Made by a program: the position numbers and the translations under genes. Of a stretch of 64,000 nt of DNA, positions 19,930-41,723 are shown in pieces. How positions within the stretch are numbered: the stretch's first letter is position 1; every line of letters begins with the position of its first letter. Source of the DNA: the human T2T-CHM13v2.0 reference genome, Homo sapiens; NCBI RefSeq assembly GCF_009914755.1, contig NC_060941.1; one strand, 5' to 3'. The notes under the pieces were generated by a model that was not told where the DNA came from, searched no databases, and was given only the letters and a program-made list of their open reading frames with translations.

Positions 19930-22900
19930 AAATGGGAGTATCTAGGATTGATTTCACTAGGGCTGTTGTGAGAACCAAAACATTTGCCCCAGAGAGGTCT
20001 GAGTGGGGTCCCAGTCCCTGCTGCCCCAAGCCTGGCAGGACAGCAGACCTCTGGATGGGGACCTCCCAAGGTCTCCGGGATACCTGAATCCTGCTCTGTG
20101 GGTGTTGGAGCAATCAGACTGCACAGAAGGTTTTCTAGGTGGGAGGGAGTTCAGTCAGGAGCCCCCAGTTTCGGCCAGAAACTGACGCTCAAGATACCAG
20201 ATCGCTGTGAGGAGTTGTGAGCTTTCCCTGGAGGAGAGAACGGGGGTTTTCGGAGAAGACCCAGGCCCAGGGGTTCCTTCAGAGTTTGCTCCTGAGCTCC
20301 CTGTATTCTCCCCACAGTTTAAAGGCTGGACTAGACGGGTTCTGGGTGCCTTGTGCCTCCTTGTTCTTGACAGCCCCCAACCCTGACCCCTCTCTGCAGG
20401 GGGTTGGGCCTGAGGTTAGTCATCATGTGTTTGTGTTTGTCCCTTACCTCCCAAGGGTACTAAGGGAGGCGCTCTCCTGATGGAAACTAAAGTCAAGAGA
20501 CAGAGGGGGACAGCACATGGATCGCCAGCAGAGCAGAGCAGCCTGGCTCTCCTGGTGCCTGCCATGTGTCTGTGCGTCCTGCTCCTCTCAGCCTCATCAT
20601 GTGGGTGTGAATTCTCTGAAGTGTGTGAGGCCCTCGCCTGTCTGCATCAGAGAGAGCTGGGTCAGCCTGGGTAACGCAGATACCACCAGCCAGCGTCAGG
20701 CTCTGAGACAAGCTCACCCACCCCCTCGCACTCAGACCCACCCTTCCCCAGACACCCTGTCTCTTCCATCCCCTCCTGGTGCCCTTGCAGACTGGTGTTG
20801 GGTGTCAGGCAGCAATGAACATGGACAACTAATGGTGGCGGAGGAAATTAGTCAACTCACCAGTGAGCCAGTGCTGGCTGTGCCACCAGGCAAGGGGAGG
20901 GGCAGAGGCCTGGCTGCCCAGTCTGGCTTCTCTTCCAGGCCGTCATCTTGACAGGCCACACTGGGCAAGATGAGGCTTGGCCCAGGAGCTGCTGGGGATG
21001 GAAATGTTGATGAAATCTTGTGTGTTGCCAGGACAACTTTCATTTCTATCCTGCCACACCCAGGCCTGGCCAGAGCCTCCTACAATGAAACACAGAACAG
21101 ATTCTAGGAACGCATGGGTTTCAAGAGAAAGCAAAATCTCATCCTGGGAGACCTGCCCCTGGAACCCTGGGTCCTCAGCTCAGTCAGGAAGGGCAGCAGG
21201 AATGATCATCGCCACTTTGCAGACGGGAAACCGGAGGCTTAGCGAGGAAGTGGCTTTTTGGATTCCAGGAGAGCCTCTGGAGGCCTGCCTGCCCCTGTGG
21301 GGTGCTGTGGGGTGCTAGCCTGGGACCCAGAGGCCCCTTGGCATTTGCTGGCAGCCTCCCAGCTGCATTCCTCAGCATGGAGCCCGAGGGAGAGAGGAGG
21401 CCTGGGACAAAGGTGGACAAAGGTTGTTTACCCGGAGGTGCCTCTGTGTGTGTGTGTCTAGGAGGTGAGAGAAGATTCCAGAGGGCTGCTGGAGTGTCGG
21501 GGGAGGGGTGTGGGTGAGGGTGCTGGGTGCTCATTGTGGGCTGGTTATGCCAGGGAGGGGCAGGTGAAGAGTTTGGCCTTTCTTGGCCCAGAAGCTGAGG
21601 AGCCTGGAGGCAGGGAAGCTGCCAGCTGCTCCTCCAACATCCCCCTTACACGTAAAAGGCTGAAGGGCGCAAATAGGGCAGCACCTCGGTGGGTTAATTC
21701 CCGCACCCCCACCTCACCCCGCTGGAGGGCGGGTGGGGCAAGAAGAGAACAAAGGAGAGGATGCTAGCCGGGAGTGTGGGAGGGCCTGAACCCAAATGGG
21801 AGGGGTCCGTGAAAAGGGTCCCTGTCTGCCCCTCCCCCTGTCTGGCTCCCTGATTCCTGGGTAAGGGGTGTGCAGGGAGGAGATCGTCCTGGGGCCAGAG
21901 CTGGGGCTTAGCACTGGAGAGAACCGGCTCAGCTGTGGGTGGGAGCCAGGCCTGGGTCCCTCGGTGCCCTGCCCCCTTCGCTGCTTCCAGTTGTTCCCAC
22001 ACCTGCTGCTTGGTCTTGAAGCCTGGGCCTCCACTCCGCCTACTGCAATGGTGGAAGCTCCAGTTTACAAGACACCCCCACCCCCACATCACACGCCCTA
22101 GCTGGGGAAGTTGGGCTTGGACACAGCCTCCCTGGGCCTTTCCACAGCTGCCCTCACGCCCTGTGCTTTCTGGGACCCTCTTGGTCAACTGGGCCGGGGA
22201 AGGGAAGCGCAGAGAACATATGTTTCATGGGAGTGACTGTTGAAGCCTCCCACCACCCCTGCCCAGCCTGTCTTAGGATCCCTCTTTCTTCCCCGGCAGG
22301 AACTGCCCGACCCCAGGTGGAAACTCCTGTGCCCAGTGGACAGACCCTGCCTGCAATAGGGTCAGAGTATGAGGGAGAGGGGTAGGCAGAGATTGGTGGG
22401 CTGGGGCAGGAAGAAGCTGCCAGGGAGTGGGGGGAGGGGGTCCAAAGGGAAGTAACGGTATTGGGGGGAAAGGTGGCCAGGTCCCATTGCCCTTGTTGGG
22501 AACAGGCAAGTGTGGCACTGGCCCTTTAAGTGGGGGTGCCAGTCAGTGCCCTCCCCCAACCAACCCAATTCATGGGCACACTGAGCATGTGCAGGGGCTG
22601 TGCATGTGGGGAGGGGAGGAGAGGGGAGGGGAGAGGGGGGCATACATTCCGGAGGGAGCTTCTCATCCCCCTACTTCCGGTAGCTGCCCCCACTCTCCTT
22701 CCTGGGTCTGACAAAGGAGCCCATGGTGCTCACCCAATCCCTTCCCCCACCCCAGGCCCCAGGGGGTGCTGCCCTCTGCAAGTGCTGAAGCTGCCATGGG
22801 TGCTGGGCAGGCCCTCTCTGCCCTGGGGAGTCTCCTGGCCGCCTGGAGGTGGCACACATGCAGCCCAGTGCCGGCCTCACTTCCCTGGTGTGGGCGGCGG

Positions 22901-23290
22901 CGAATCTTCCTGCTGCCTACGTGTTCCATTTCATTCCATTGGTGCCAGGGTTTTTAAAAGAACCATCCACCTGTGATGCCACTTTGAAAGTGAAACAGCT
23001 CAAAGGATGCAGGCCCTACCCCCTAACCAGGACCTTCCAGTCAGAGAGGAAGCAAACAGCCCAGAGGCTGCAAGGGCCTTCCTTGAATCCCGCTCCTTCT
23101 GCTTCTCCCCTGCTGGCCAAGGGATCAAAGTCAGCTTCCTCCAGACTACCTTCACCTGCAGCCTGGGACCTTCCCTCAAACCTTTCCACCACCTAAACCT
23201 TACCTGTTTCTGCCAAGTCTTCCCCTCTCCCAGCCCTCAGCCCCTCCTGTTACCACCCCTACCTCTTTAGCACTTGTCCACTCTTAGCTA
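19930..23290. promoter_or_regulatory. GC-rich block with no Alus downstream of HEXIM2; putative enhancer or antisense promoter region
   Basis: 3.3 kb without Alus in an Alu-saturated region. Contains G-runs, ETS ACTTCCGG (~22673), TEAD-like CATTCC (22645, 22931) and CTCF-like CCTGGAGGTGGC (22842). Confidence 0.4.
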
Positions 23291-23555
23291 CTGGTACCAT
23301 TCTTTTTATTTTTTATTTATTTATTTTTTTTTGAGACAGAGTCTCACTGTTGCTCAGGCTGGAGTGCAGTGGTGCGATCTCAGCTCACTGCAACCTCTGC
23401 CCCCCCAGGTTCAAGCAATTCTCCTGCCTCAGCCTCCCGAGTAGCTGGGATTACGGGCGCCTGCCACGACGCCCAGCTTATTTTTGTATTTTTAGTAGAG
23501 ACGGGTTTACATCCTGTTGGCCAGGCTGGTCTCAAAAACTCCTGACCTCAGGTGA

Positions 23556-23913
<358 letters not shown>

Positions 23914-24037
23914 TGAGGTGGGCGGATCACGAGGTCAGGAGATCGAGACCATCCTGGCTAACACTGTGAAACACTGTCTCTACTGAAAATACAAAAAAAT
24001 AACCGGGTGTGCTGGCGGGCGCCTGTAGTCCCAGCTA

Positions 24038-24250
<213 letters not shown>

Positions 24251-24294
24251 TCATTCTTGAAGTGAAATTTACATGCCACAAAATCACCCCTTTA

Positions 24295-24441
<147 letters not shown>

Positions 24442-24614
24442 TTAAGTCAGGCACGCTGGCTCACACCTGTAATCCCAGCACTTTGGGAGGCCAAAGCAAG
24501 TGGATCATGAGGTCAGTAGTTTGAGACCAGCATGACCAACATGGTGAAACCCCGTCTCTACTAAAAATACAAAAATTAGCCGGGTGTGGTGGCGTGCACC
24601 TGTAATCCCAGCTA

Positions 24615-25068
<454 letters not shown>

Positions 25069-25247
25069 CTACCAAAAAAAAAAAAAAACAACCAAACAAA
25101 ACATTCAGGTGTGTTGGTGCACATCTGTAGTCCCAGCTACTCAGGAAGCTGAGGTGGAAGGATTGCTTAAACCCAGAAGGTCAAGGATGCAGTGAGCTGT
25201 GATTGCGTCACTGCACTCCATCCTGGGTGACAGTGAGACCTTGCCTC

Positions 25248-25278
<31 letters not shown>

Positions 25279-25410
25279 TGGGCTCAGTGGCTCATGTCTG
25301 TAATCCCAGCACTTTGGGAGGCCGAGGCGGGTGGATCGTGAGGTCAGGGGATGGAGATCATCCTGTCCAATGTGGTGAAACCCTGTCTCCACTAAAAATA
25401 CAAAAAATTA

Positions 25411-25934
<524 letters not shown>

Positions 25935-26431
25935 TCAAAGGGTTGGGAGGTGGCCTCAGGCCAGTTTAGGATCCTGCATCCTCCAGGACCCATCCCTGGC
26001 CAGGGGGCTTCTACCTGGAACAATGCTGCCTGGCCAACCACCCCGTTGATCTCCTGCCTCCTCCCTGTGAGTCCAGGCAGTGAAGGTGGAGCCAGGGGAC
26101 AGTGTGATTAATACTGTGGGGTTTAGGGTAAGACACAGGAGATGAAGAAACTTGAGCTCAGAGAGGTTGAGAAACTTGCCCAAGGCCACACAATTCCTGC
26201 CATACTGGAGCCTTAGCCGGTTCTCTGATTGTAGTTTGAGCCCTTGACCACCTTAGTCTCCTATCTTCAAAGAGATAAAGTAAATTAAAGGCTTAGCCAA
26301 GTGCCAGCTGTGTGGGAGGTGTGCTCAGATGGAAGCAGCCATACATTTTACGACTTCCAGGACATTGTGTAATCATGAGTAGCTCTATTACAAGGTGGTT
26401 CTTGGGAGTTCTCACTGTCTCCCTCCCTTAA

Positions 26432-27394
<963 letters not shown>

Positions 27395-27420
27395 TAGCCA
27401 GGATGATCTCGATCTCCTGA

Positions 27421-27708
<288 letters not shown>

Positions 27709-29301
27709 TGAACTCCTGACCTCAGGTGATCCACCGGCCTCGGCCTCCCAAAGTGCTGGGATTACAGGCGTGAGCCACTGCGCCAGGCTGAGGACAGCCT
27801 TCGTGGGGGCTGGGAGGGGGCCCTGGACCCCGAGCCCTTCAGGCAAGTGGATGTGTGGGAAGCATTGTTTTTCTTCCCCCTCAAATAAGGAGATTTTATT
27901 GTTCCTCCCCGCATCCCTTCAAACTGTATTTATCCATATTTTCATGGCTGAACCTCCACCCTTGCCCCTCAAAGAGGAAGTCTTTTGTGGAGCCAGAGAA
28001 AGGAGGGGACTGCTCAGGCCTGGCCTGTCAGGGGGACAGGCTGCACAGCTGACACCCAGTTGGCCACTGTGTCCCGGCGGCTTGTGAGCATGGACATTCC
28101 AGAGACCACCTGCCCCAGAAGCCCCCTCTAGACCCCGTTTAAGATGGAAAACCCCAGACGAGCCCTCAAGGCACCTGCTGTGTCCTGCCTCAGGGCATCC
28201 ATGACAGGTCCCTCTCCTTACCTGATGCCTCAGGAGGATGTGCTCAAGGAGACTAAGTCATGAGATGGACATTGTGACCCACGTGAGCCTCAGTCAGCCA
28301 TGTGGTGACTGCTTTGCCACAGTTTGAGGACCTGGACAGGCTCCCTCGTGGCCCGTACCTTGAGCCGAGCCCTGTGGCTGCCGGGCTGGCAAGTTCCCAG
28401 CCTGAGGACCACGAAGTCCCCAGGCCCCACATCCTTAAGGGCTTGACCTCCATGCCTTTGCTTCTCAGCACCAGCCAGCTGTTTCCCTCTTGAGCCTCTG
28501 AGAAAGAGGATCTTTTTTCTCTGGGCCCCTGGTCCCACTGTCCTGACTTGTAATTCACATTAGTTGTGTTTGTTGCCACAGGTCTATACCCTTCCTCCCA
28601 GGCTCTCTCCTGAACAACCCTGGCTTCCCTGGCCTCCCCAGGCAGCAATCCCCTGCTCCCTCTCCTCCCCTCTTTCCCTGAGCTCCAGATTCTAGCAGAT
28701 TTTAAAAATTATTGTTGTAGGCCGGGCGCGGTGGCTCACGCCTGTAATCCCAGCACTTTGGGAGGCTGAGGCAGGCAGATCACGATGTCAGGAGATCGAG
28801 ACCATCCTGGCTAACATGGTGAAACCCGTCTCCACTAAAAATACAAAAAAAAAAAAAATTAGCCGGGTGTGGTGGCGGGCGCCTGTAGTCCCAGCTACTC
28901 AGGAGGCTGAGGCAGGAGAGTGGTGTGAACCCAGGAGGCGGAGGTTGCAGTGAGCCGAGATTGCACCACTGCACTTCAGCCTGGGCAACAGAGTGAGACT
29001 CCATCTCAAAAAAAAAAAAAAAAAAATTGTTGTAGGCTGGGCATGGTGGCTCATGCCTGTAATCCCAGCACTTTGGGAGGCTGAGGCAGGTGGATCACGA
29101 GGTCAGGAGTTTGAGACCAGCCTGGCCAAGATGGTGAAACCCCGTCTCTACTAAAAATACAAGAATTAGCTGGGCGTGGTGTCAGGCGCCTGTAATCCCA
29201 GCTACGCAGGAGGCTGAGGCAGGAGGCTTGAACCCAGGAGTTGGAGGTTGCAGTGAGTTGAGATGGCACCACTGCACTCCAGACTGGGCAACAGAGCTAG
29301 A

Positions 29302-29355
<54 letters not shown>
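29302..29355 (+). repeat. (CT)n(CA)n compound microsatellite replacing an Alu tail
   Basis: Seen directly. Confidence 0.95.
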
Positions 29356-29359
<4 letters not shown>

Positions 29360-29916
29360 TATTGTTGTAGTCTTAATTTTTCCAAATGGCTATACAGGCC
29401 GGGCATGGTGGCTCACACCTGTAATTCCAGCACTTTGAGAGGCCGAGGCAGAGGGATCGCTTGAGGTCAGGAGTTCTAGACTAGCTTGGGCAACACAAGG
29501 AGATCCCATCTCTACTAAAAGTAAAAAACAAACAAAAACAAATGGACTGGGCACAGTGGCTCACACCTATAAGCCCAGCACTTTGGGAGGACGAGGCAGG
29601 TGGATCACTTGAGGTTAGGAGTTTGAGCCCAGCCTGGCCAACATGGTGAAAGCCCATCTCTACTAAAAATACAAAAATTATCCGGGTGTGGTGGTGCACA
29701 CCTGGAGGCTGAGGTGGGAGGATCACTTGAACCCAGGAGGTTGAGGCTGCAGTGAGCTGTGATCGCGGCACTGCACTCTAGCCTGGGTGACAGAGTGAGA
29801 CCCTGTCTCAAAAAAAAAAAAAAGATTAGATGGGTGGACAGATAGATGTGCAGATATAGACACAGATATAGATGTGTTGGAAAGAGACATGCGAGATACT
29901 CATAGACGTTAGCTAA

Positions 29917-30536
<620 letters not shown>

Positions 30537-30641
30537 TAGCCAGGATGGTCTCGATCTCCTGACCTCGTGATCCGCCCGCCTTGGCCTCCCAAAGTGCTGG
30601 GATTACAGGCGTGAGCCACCGCGCCCAGCCAGTCATTTTCA

Positions 30642-30746
<105 letters not shown>

Positions 30747-30749
30747 CTA

Positions 30750-31031
<282 letters not shown>

Positions 31032-31095
31032 TCAACTAAGACTCTATACACATTAAACAATAACTCATCATTTCCCACGTTCTTCTAGCCCCTGA

Positions 31096-31260
<165 letters not shown>

Positions 31261-31451
31261 TGAGTAGCTGGGGCTAGATGCTCGTGCCACTACGCCTGGC
31301 TAATTTTTGTATTTTTAGTAAAGACGGGCTTTCACCATGCTGACCAGGCTGGTCTTGAACTCTTGACCTCAGGTGATCTACCCGCCTCAGCTTCCCACAG
31401 TGTTGGGATTACAGGCGTGAGCCACTGCATCCAGCCTATTTAATTTTTTAA

Positions 31452-32070
<619 letters not shown>

Positions 32071-32460
32071 AGAGAGCTGCAGAGGTTTTCTCTGCCCGGC
32101 TTGCCCTGACCAGGAGTCCCAAGTGTGGAGTGCCTTGCACCTGCCCACATCCCTAGGAGGATTCCAAGATGGCACGACCTCCAGGGTTTAGATACCAGGC
32201 AGGGGAGCTTTAGAGGGCCGACCAGGAAATGGGCAGAGCTCAAGTTAAAGGGAAGGAGGAATTTCCACCACTCAGCTAGGGGTCAGGCTGTCCCCAGAGA
32301 CTCCTGGCTCCCATCAGTGGATGTGCCAGGGTGCCTGTGAAAGGGCAGGAGGTCAGACCAGAAAACATGCCAAGTGCTCCTCCAGCAATCAGATTCTGAA
32401 ATTCTGCCTAGCAAGGAACTGTTGCTTTTTTGCCACAACAGCACAACGCCCTGCACCGGG

Positions 32461-32469
32461 GTGTGTGTG

Positions 32470-32520
<51 letters not shown>

Positions 32521-32529
32521 ACGCGCGTG
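32461..32529. repeat. (TG)n microsatellite; 69-nt uninterrupted purine-pyrimidine alternation
   Basis: gtgtgtgtgcatgtgt...gtgcacgcgcgtg. Confidence 0.97.
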
Positions 32530-32712
32530 ATGACTTCTGTCCTATCCAGGCGAGGGGGCCTCCGCACTGGGGTTTACTCCAGGCCTCCTGCTGGTGGCAC
32601 ACATGGGGGCAAGTGCTGTGTATGAGCTCCCCGGAAGTTTCAGAATCAAATGCTATCCTTGCTTCCTCCTTAGTATCTTCTTGATTATCCCAGCCCCATT
32701 TCTTCTGCTTCA

Positions 32713-33228
<516 letters not shown>

Positions 33229-33644
33229 TCAGGAGATCGAGACCATCCTCGCTAACACGGTAAAACCCCATCTCTACTAAAAATACAAAAAAATTAGCCG
33301 GGCATGGTGGTGGGTGCCTGTAGTCCCAGCTACTCAGGAGGCTGAGGAAGGAGAATCACTTGAACTGGGGAGGCAGAGGCTGCAGTGAGCTGAGATTGCA
33401 CCACTGCACTCCAGCCTGGGCCACAGAGCGAGACTCCATCTCAAAAAAAAAAAAAAAAAAAAAGAAGGTCCTGCCTTACCTGGCTCACTGCCACTCTGTA
33501 CCCTCTGCAGAGCAGGCCAGGCACCTTTCCATTGTCCTGCCTGGACACACACATCCCTCTCTCCTGGTGAAAAGATGCCATGACTCATCAGGAACACAAG
33601 CAGCACCATTTGTTCATTCAACAGATATTGACTGGGTGTATTTG

Positions 33645-34532
33645 TTTCCTAAGTTGCTATAATAAAGTACCCCCGAGTGGTTTAGAACAATGGAAGTGTA
33701 TTGTTTCAGTTTTGGAGGACAGAAGTCTTAAGGTGTTGGTAGGGCCACACTTTCTTTAAAACCAGTGGGAGAAAGATCCTTCCTTGCCTCTTTATTTACT
33801 TTTATGTATAGAGACAGGATATTGCTATAATGCCCAGGCTGGTCTCAAACTCCTGGCCCCCAGTAATCCTCCCACCTTGGCTTGTCAAAGAGCTGGGATT
33901 ACAGGCATGAGCCACCGCACCTGGCCTTCCTTGCCTATTTTTAGCTTCTAGTGGTTTGCTGGCAATCTTTGGCATTCCTTGACTTGTAAATGCATGGCTT
34001 CAATTCCTTGTTTTCACATGTCCATCTTCCCTCTATGCATGTGTGTCTCTGTGTCCAAATTTTCCCTTTTTTTTTGAGATGGAGTTTCACTCTTGTCGCT
34101 CAGGATGGAGTGCAATGGCACAATCTCAGCTCATCGCAACCTCTGACTCCCGGGTTCAAGCGATTCTCCTACCTCAGCCTCCTGAGTAGCTGGAATTACA
34201 GGCATGCGCCACCATGCCCGGCTAATTTTTTGTATTTTTAGTAGAGACAGGGTTTCTCCATGTTGGTCAGGCTGGTCTTGAACTCCCAACCTCAGGTGAT
34301 TAGCCCACCTCGGCCTCCCAAACTGCTGGGATTACAGGCGTAAGCCACCGCGCCCGGACTAAATTTCTCCTTTTTATAGAGACACCAGTCATTAGGGCCC
34401 ACCCTAATAACCTCATTTTAACTTGATTACCTCTGTAAAGACTGTTTCCACATAAGGTTGCATTCAAAGATACTAGGAGTTGGGACTTTAACATATCTTT
34501 TTTGTCTGGGGTGTGTAATTCAATTCATAGCA
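33645..34532 (-). mobile_element. MLT1-family (ERVL-MaLR) solo LTR interrupted by Alus
   Basis: gtggtttagaacaa...agttttggagg...aaggtgttggtagggccacac; gacaccagtcattagggcccaccctaat...aacttgattacctctgtaaagac. Confidence 0.8.
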
Positions 34533-34917
34533 CTGGGTATCCACGCTGTGCATGCTGGGGATATCCCAGTGAGCTCGATGGACACAGTCACTACCCTTAT
34601 GGAGCTTACACTCTCTTCTGATCTTTTCATATGAAGTTTTCTTTTTTGAGACAGGGTCTCACTCTGTCACCTAGGCTGGAGTGCAGTGGTGTGATCAGCT
34701 CACTGCAGCCTCGATTTTCTGGGCTCCAGCAATCCTCCCATCTCAGCCTCCTGAGTAGCTGGGACCACAAGCATGCGCCATGACACCTGGCTCATTTTTG
34801 TATTTTTGGTAGAGGCAGGGTTTCACCATGTTGCCCAGGCTGGAAGTTTTATTTATTTATTTTATTTGTTTTATTTTAATTAATTAATTTATTTATTATT
34901 ATTATTTTTTTTTTTGA

Positions 34918-35175
<258 letters not shown>

Positions 35176-35302
35176 TGAGCCACCATGCCTGGCCAGTAGT
35201 TTTATTTTTAAACAATAACTCTCATTTACGAAGCACTTTGTAATATTCAAAGTGCTTTCATTAATATGAGTTTATTTTTTATTTTTTATTATTATTTTTT
35301 GA

Positions 35303-35404
<102 letters not shown>

Positions 35405-35732
35405 TGAGTAGCTGGGAATACAGGTGCGTGCCACAACGCCCAGCTAATTTTTTGTATTTTTAGTAGAGACGGGGTTTCACCGTGTTAGCCAGGTTGGTCT
35501 TGATCTCCTGACCTCCTGATCCGCCCACCTTGGCCTCCCAAAGTGCTGGGATTACAGGCATCAGCCACCACGCCCAGGCCATATGAGTTTATTTGGGTGA
35601 TATGGTGAGATCCATTTCCCGAGTGGGAAGACTGTCTTTTGGAGATCTGAAATTACTTGTTTAGGGTCATGTGACTTATAAGTAATAATACAAGTGATAA
35701 CAATATCCAGCACTTGCTCAATGCCAACCATT

Positions 35733-36702
<970 letters not shown>

Positions 36703-37086
36703 AGTTCATCTTATATGATCCCCATAAACATTTTGCAGGATAAAGAAATTGAAGTAAGGTGTCCAAAGTCACATCGTTAATAAGAGGTCACATCCGGGCT
36801 GGGTGTGGCGGCTCATACTTGTAATCTTAGCACTTTGGGAGGCTGAGGTGGGAGAATCACTTGAGTTCTGGAGTTGGAGACTAGCCTGAGCAACATAGTG
36901 AGACCTCGTCTCTAAAAAAAAAAAAAAAAAAAAAAAGTCACACCAGGAGTTGAGCCCAGGCAGCCCAGCTGCAGCATCCAGCTCAGCCACCCCACGTTGC
37001 TCATTACATCAAGACACAGCCTCGGCTGGGCGCGGTGGCTCACGCCTGTAATCCCAGCACTGTGGGAGGCCGAGGCAGGTGGATCA

Positions 37087-37380
<294 letters not shown>

Positions 37381-37595
37381 TTAGTGTTCCCTCCATGCCT
37401 AGCAGAGAGCCACCTCTTTGCTCTTCCTTATCAACTGCATTAACTGCTACCTTCCATCTTCCTTTTTTCTTCTATCTTCCCTTTATTTTTTCGTAGAGAT
37501 GTGGTCTTCCTATGTTGCCCAGGCTGATCTCAAACTTCTGGCCTCAATCGATTCTCCTGCCTTGGCTTCCCAAGGTGCTGAGATTACAGGTGTGA

Positions 37596-38015
<420 letters not shown>

Positions 38016-38320
38016 TAGAGACAGGGTTTCACCATGTTGGCCAGGCTGGTCTTGAACTCCTGACCTCAAGTGATCTACCTGCCTTGGCCTCCCAAAGTGC
38101 TGAGATTACAGGCGTGAACCACCCCTCTCGGCCCAGAGTTACTTTTCAAATGTTTAATTTATTATATGGTATTTTAGCCATAAAATATTATACAATATTT
38201 TAAGCTGGGTGCGGTGGCTCAAGCCTGTAATCCCCACGCTTTGGGAGGCCGAGGTGGGTGGATCACCTGAGGTCGGGAGTTCGAGACCAGCCTGACCAAA
38301 ATGGTGAAACCCTGTCTCTA

Positions 38321-38482
<162 letters not shown>

Positions 38483-38498
38483 TCAAAAAAAAAAAAAA

Positions 38499-38531
<33 letters not shown>

Positions 38532-39281
38532 GCCGTAAAATATTATACAATATTTTATATAATATTTTATATTTATGGCTAAAATATTGATGGGGTTTTG
38601 CCATGTTGCCCAGCGAAATCCTGTCTCTACTAAAATACCTATGTACCCATCACCCGGTTTAAGAACTATCAACTCTTAATGCTGTGTGTGGGAAGCATTT
38701 AATGCTGTGTGTAGGAAGAAAAAAAGTTGCAACATTGTGGTGATTGTTGAAGCCCCAGCATTATTCTGCTCTCTAATTGCACTCTCCCTCCTAGAGGTAA
38801 TTGGGATCCTAGCTTGGTGACAATCATTTCCATGCATCTTTAGAAACATGAAGTTGCTTTTGACTGACAGGGAATTTCGAGCTTGATTCTTGACAAGGAA
38901 ACATAGCAGAAGGTAGGTCTAAAGATGGAAGTGTAGCTTGAATGGAATCTCTTTTGGAAATATATAATGATGAAATATTTCAGACACAGAAAGGCACATA
39001 TAGAATAATAGAATGAACCTCTTGCTTAGGAAATAAAACATTAAAAATACTACCCCGCCCTCCTCAAAACAGTCCCCAGGGTTTTCCTTCCTGATTGCAT
39101 CCTTCTTCTTTTTTTTTTCTTTATTTTTTTGAGACAGAGTTTTGCTCTTTTTGCCCAGGCTGGAGTGCAATGGCACAAATCTCGGCTCACTGCAACCTCC
39201 GCCTCCCAGGTTCAAGTGATTCCTCTGCTTCAGCCTCCCGAGTAGCTGGGATTACAGGCATGCACCACCATGCCTGGCTAA

Positions 39282-39871
<590 letters not shown>

Positions 39872-41230
39872 TGAATTTGGGGCCTATCATTTTGACCTGA
39901 ATCCTGGGGGAGGAGCAGCAGTTTGGAGACAGGTAGGCGTAGGAAGGGGTGTCACCAACAGAAAGGCAGGGTAAAGACCCAGGGGAGTGAGTTTGGGAGG
40001 CAGGTGTTGGCATGGCTGGTAAGCTGGGTACCTGTCGGGGAGGGGCTGGGACAGGTAAGTAGCTGGCCCCACTCTCCTCTGGGCCCTGCCTTCCGTATTT
40101 CCCTCTATCATTGTCCTAATCACACAGAATCCTAATGATCTGTTAGCTTGACTCCAAGATCCTGAGGGTAGGGAACCTCTTGGTCATTGTCACCCCAGTG
40201 GCTAACACAGTGGCTGGCACAAATGGCTTTTTGTTAAATATTAAATTGATACATGAGCGAATGAGTAACTGACTGATTTCAGCCTGCCTGGTGAGGGAGT
40301 TGCTGGTAGCAAGACAGTCTGAGTGCAAAGTGTGAACGAGAGCATTTTTGAAGAGAATTGTCATTTTATTACCATTCAGTACAGTAACACCTCTGCCTTC
40401 ATCAGTGTGGCCTAGTAGAGAACTTGCTTGAATGCATATCAGTCAGGGTGAGAAATCTGCTGTGCAGGCAGGTGTGCGATGATGCGGTAACCAGATGGGC
40501 TTCTTGCAGCTTCAACCACCGCCAGCGTCATTCACTACCCTTCAAACTATCAGCTCTGATTGGAGTTAAAGGAATAATCAGTCTCCCACAGAAGTAGGAC
40601 CTATTTCTCTTCCTTCAAAACAATCCTCAAAGCCTGTGAATCCCCTCCAGTGTGCTTATTATGCAGTTAGCTCTGCTCGTGGCTGCAGAGACAGCTCGTT
40701 TTGCATTCCTAGAAGCCCCTCTCAGGGCTGGGCATGCTTCGGTGGGTTTTGAGTGGTGAGAAGTGCTTTTCTCAGAGGCTGCATTCCACATGAGGCCTAA
40801 TAAACAGATAAAACGTGTCTGCAATTAGTGGCATCTCTGCACGCAGACTTAATGTGCTGAAGGCTGTTTGTTGATTTTTTTGCACTGTTCAAAGCAATGC
40901 CACAAGCTGTTTGGGCCAGACGTTGGCTTAGAGAGCCCCGTCTTCCCATGAAAAGGACAATGCAGTGATACAAAAGAGCCCAATGGGTTGAGCTACATCT
41001 ATCACATAGGCAAATCTGAACAGGTTTCCAAAAAAGATCAAATTATTAAAAGATTTGGCTGGGCGTGGTTGTTCACACCTGTAATCCCAGCACTTTGGGA
41101 GGCCGAGGTGGGTGGATCATGACGTCAGGAGATCGAGACCATCCTGGCCAACATGGAGAAACTCCATCTCTACTGAAAATACAAAAATTAGCTGGGTGTG
41201 GGGGTGCATGGCTGTTATCCCAGCTACTCA

Positions 41231-41723
<493 letters not shown>

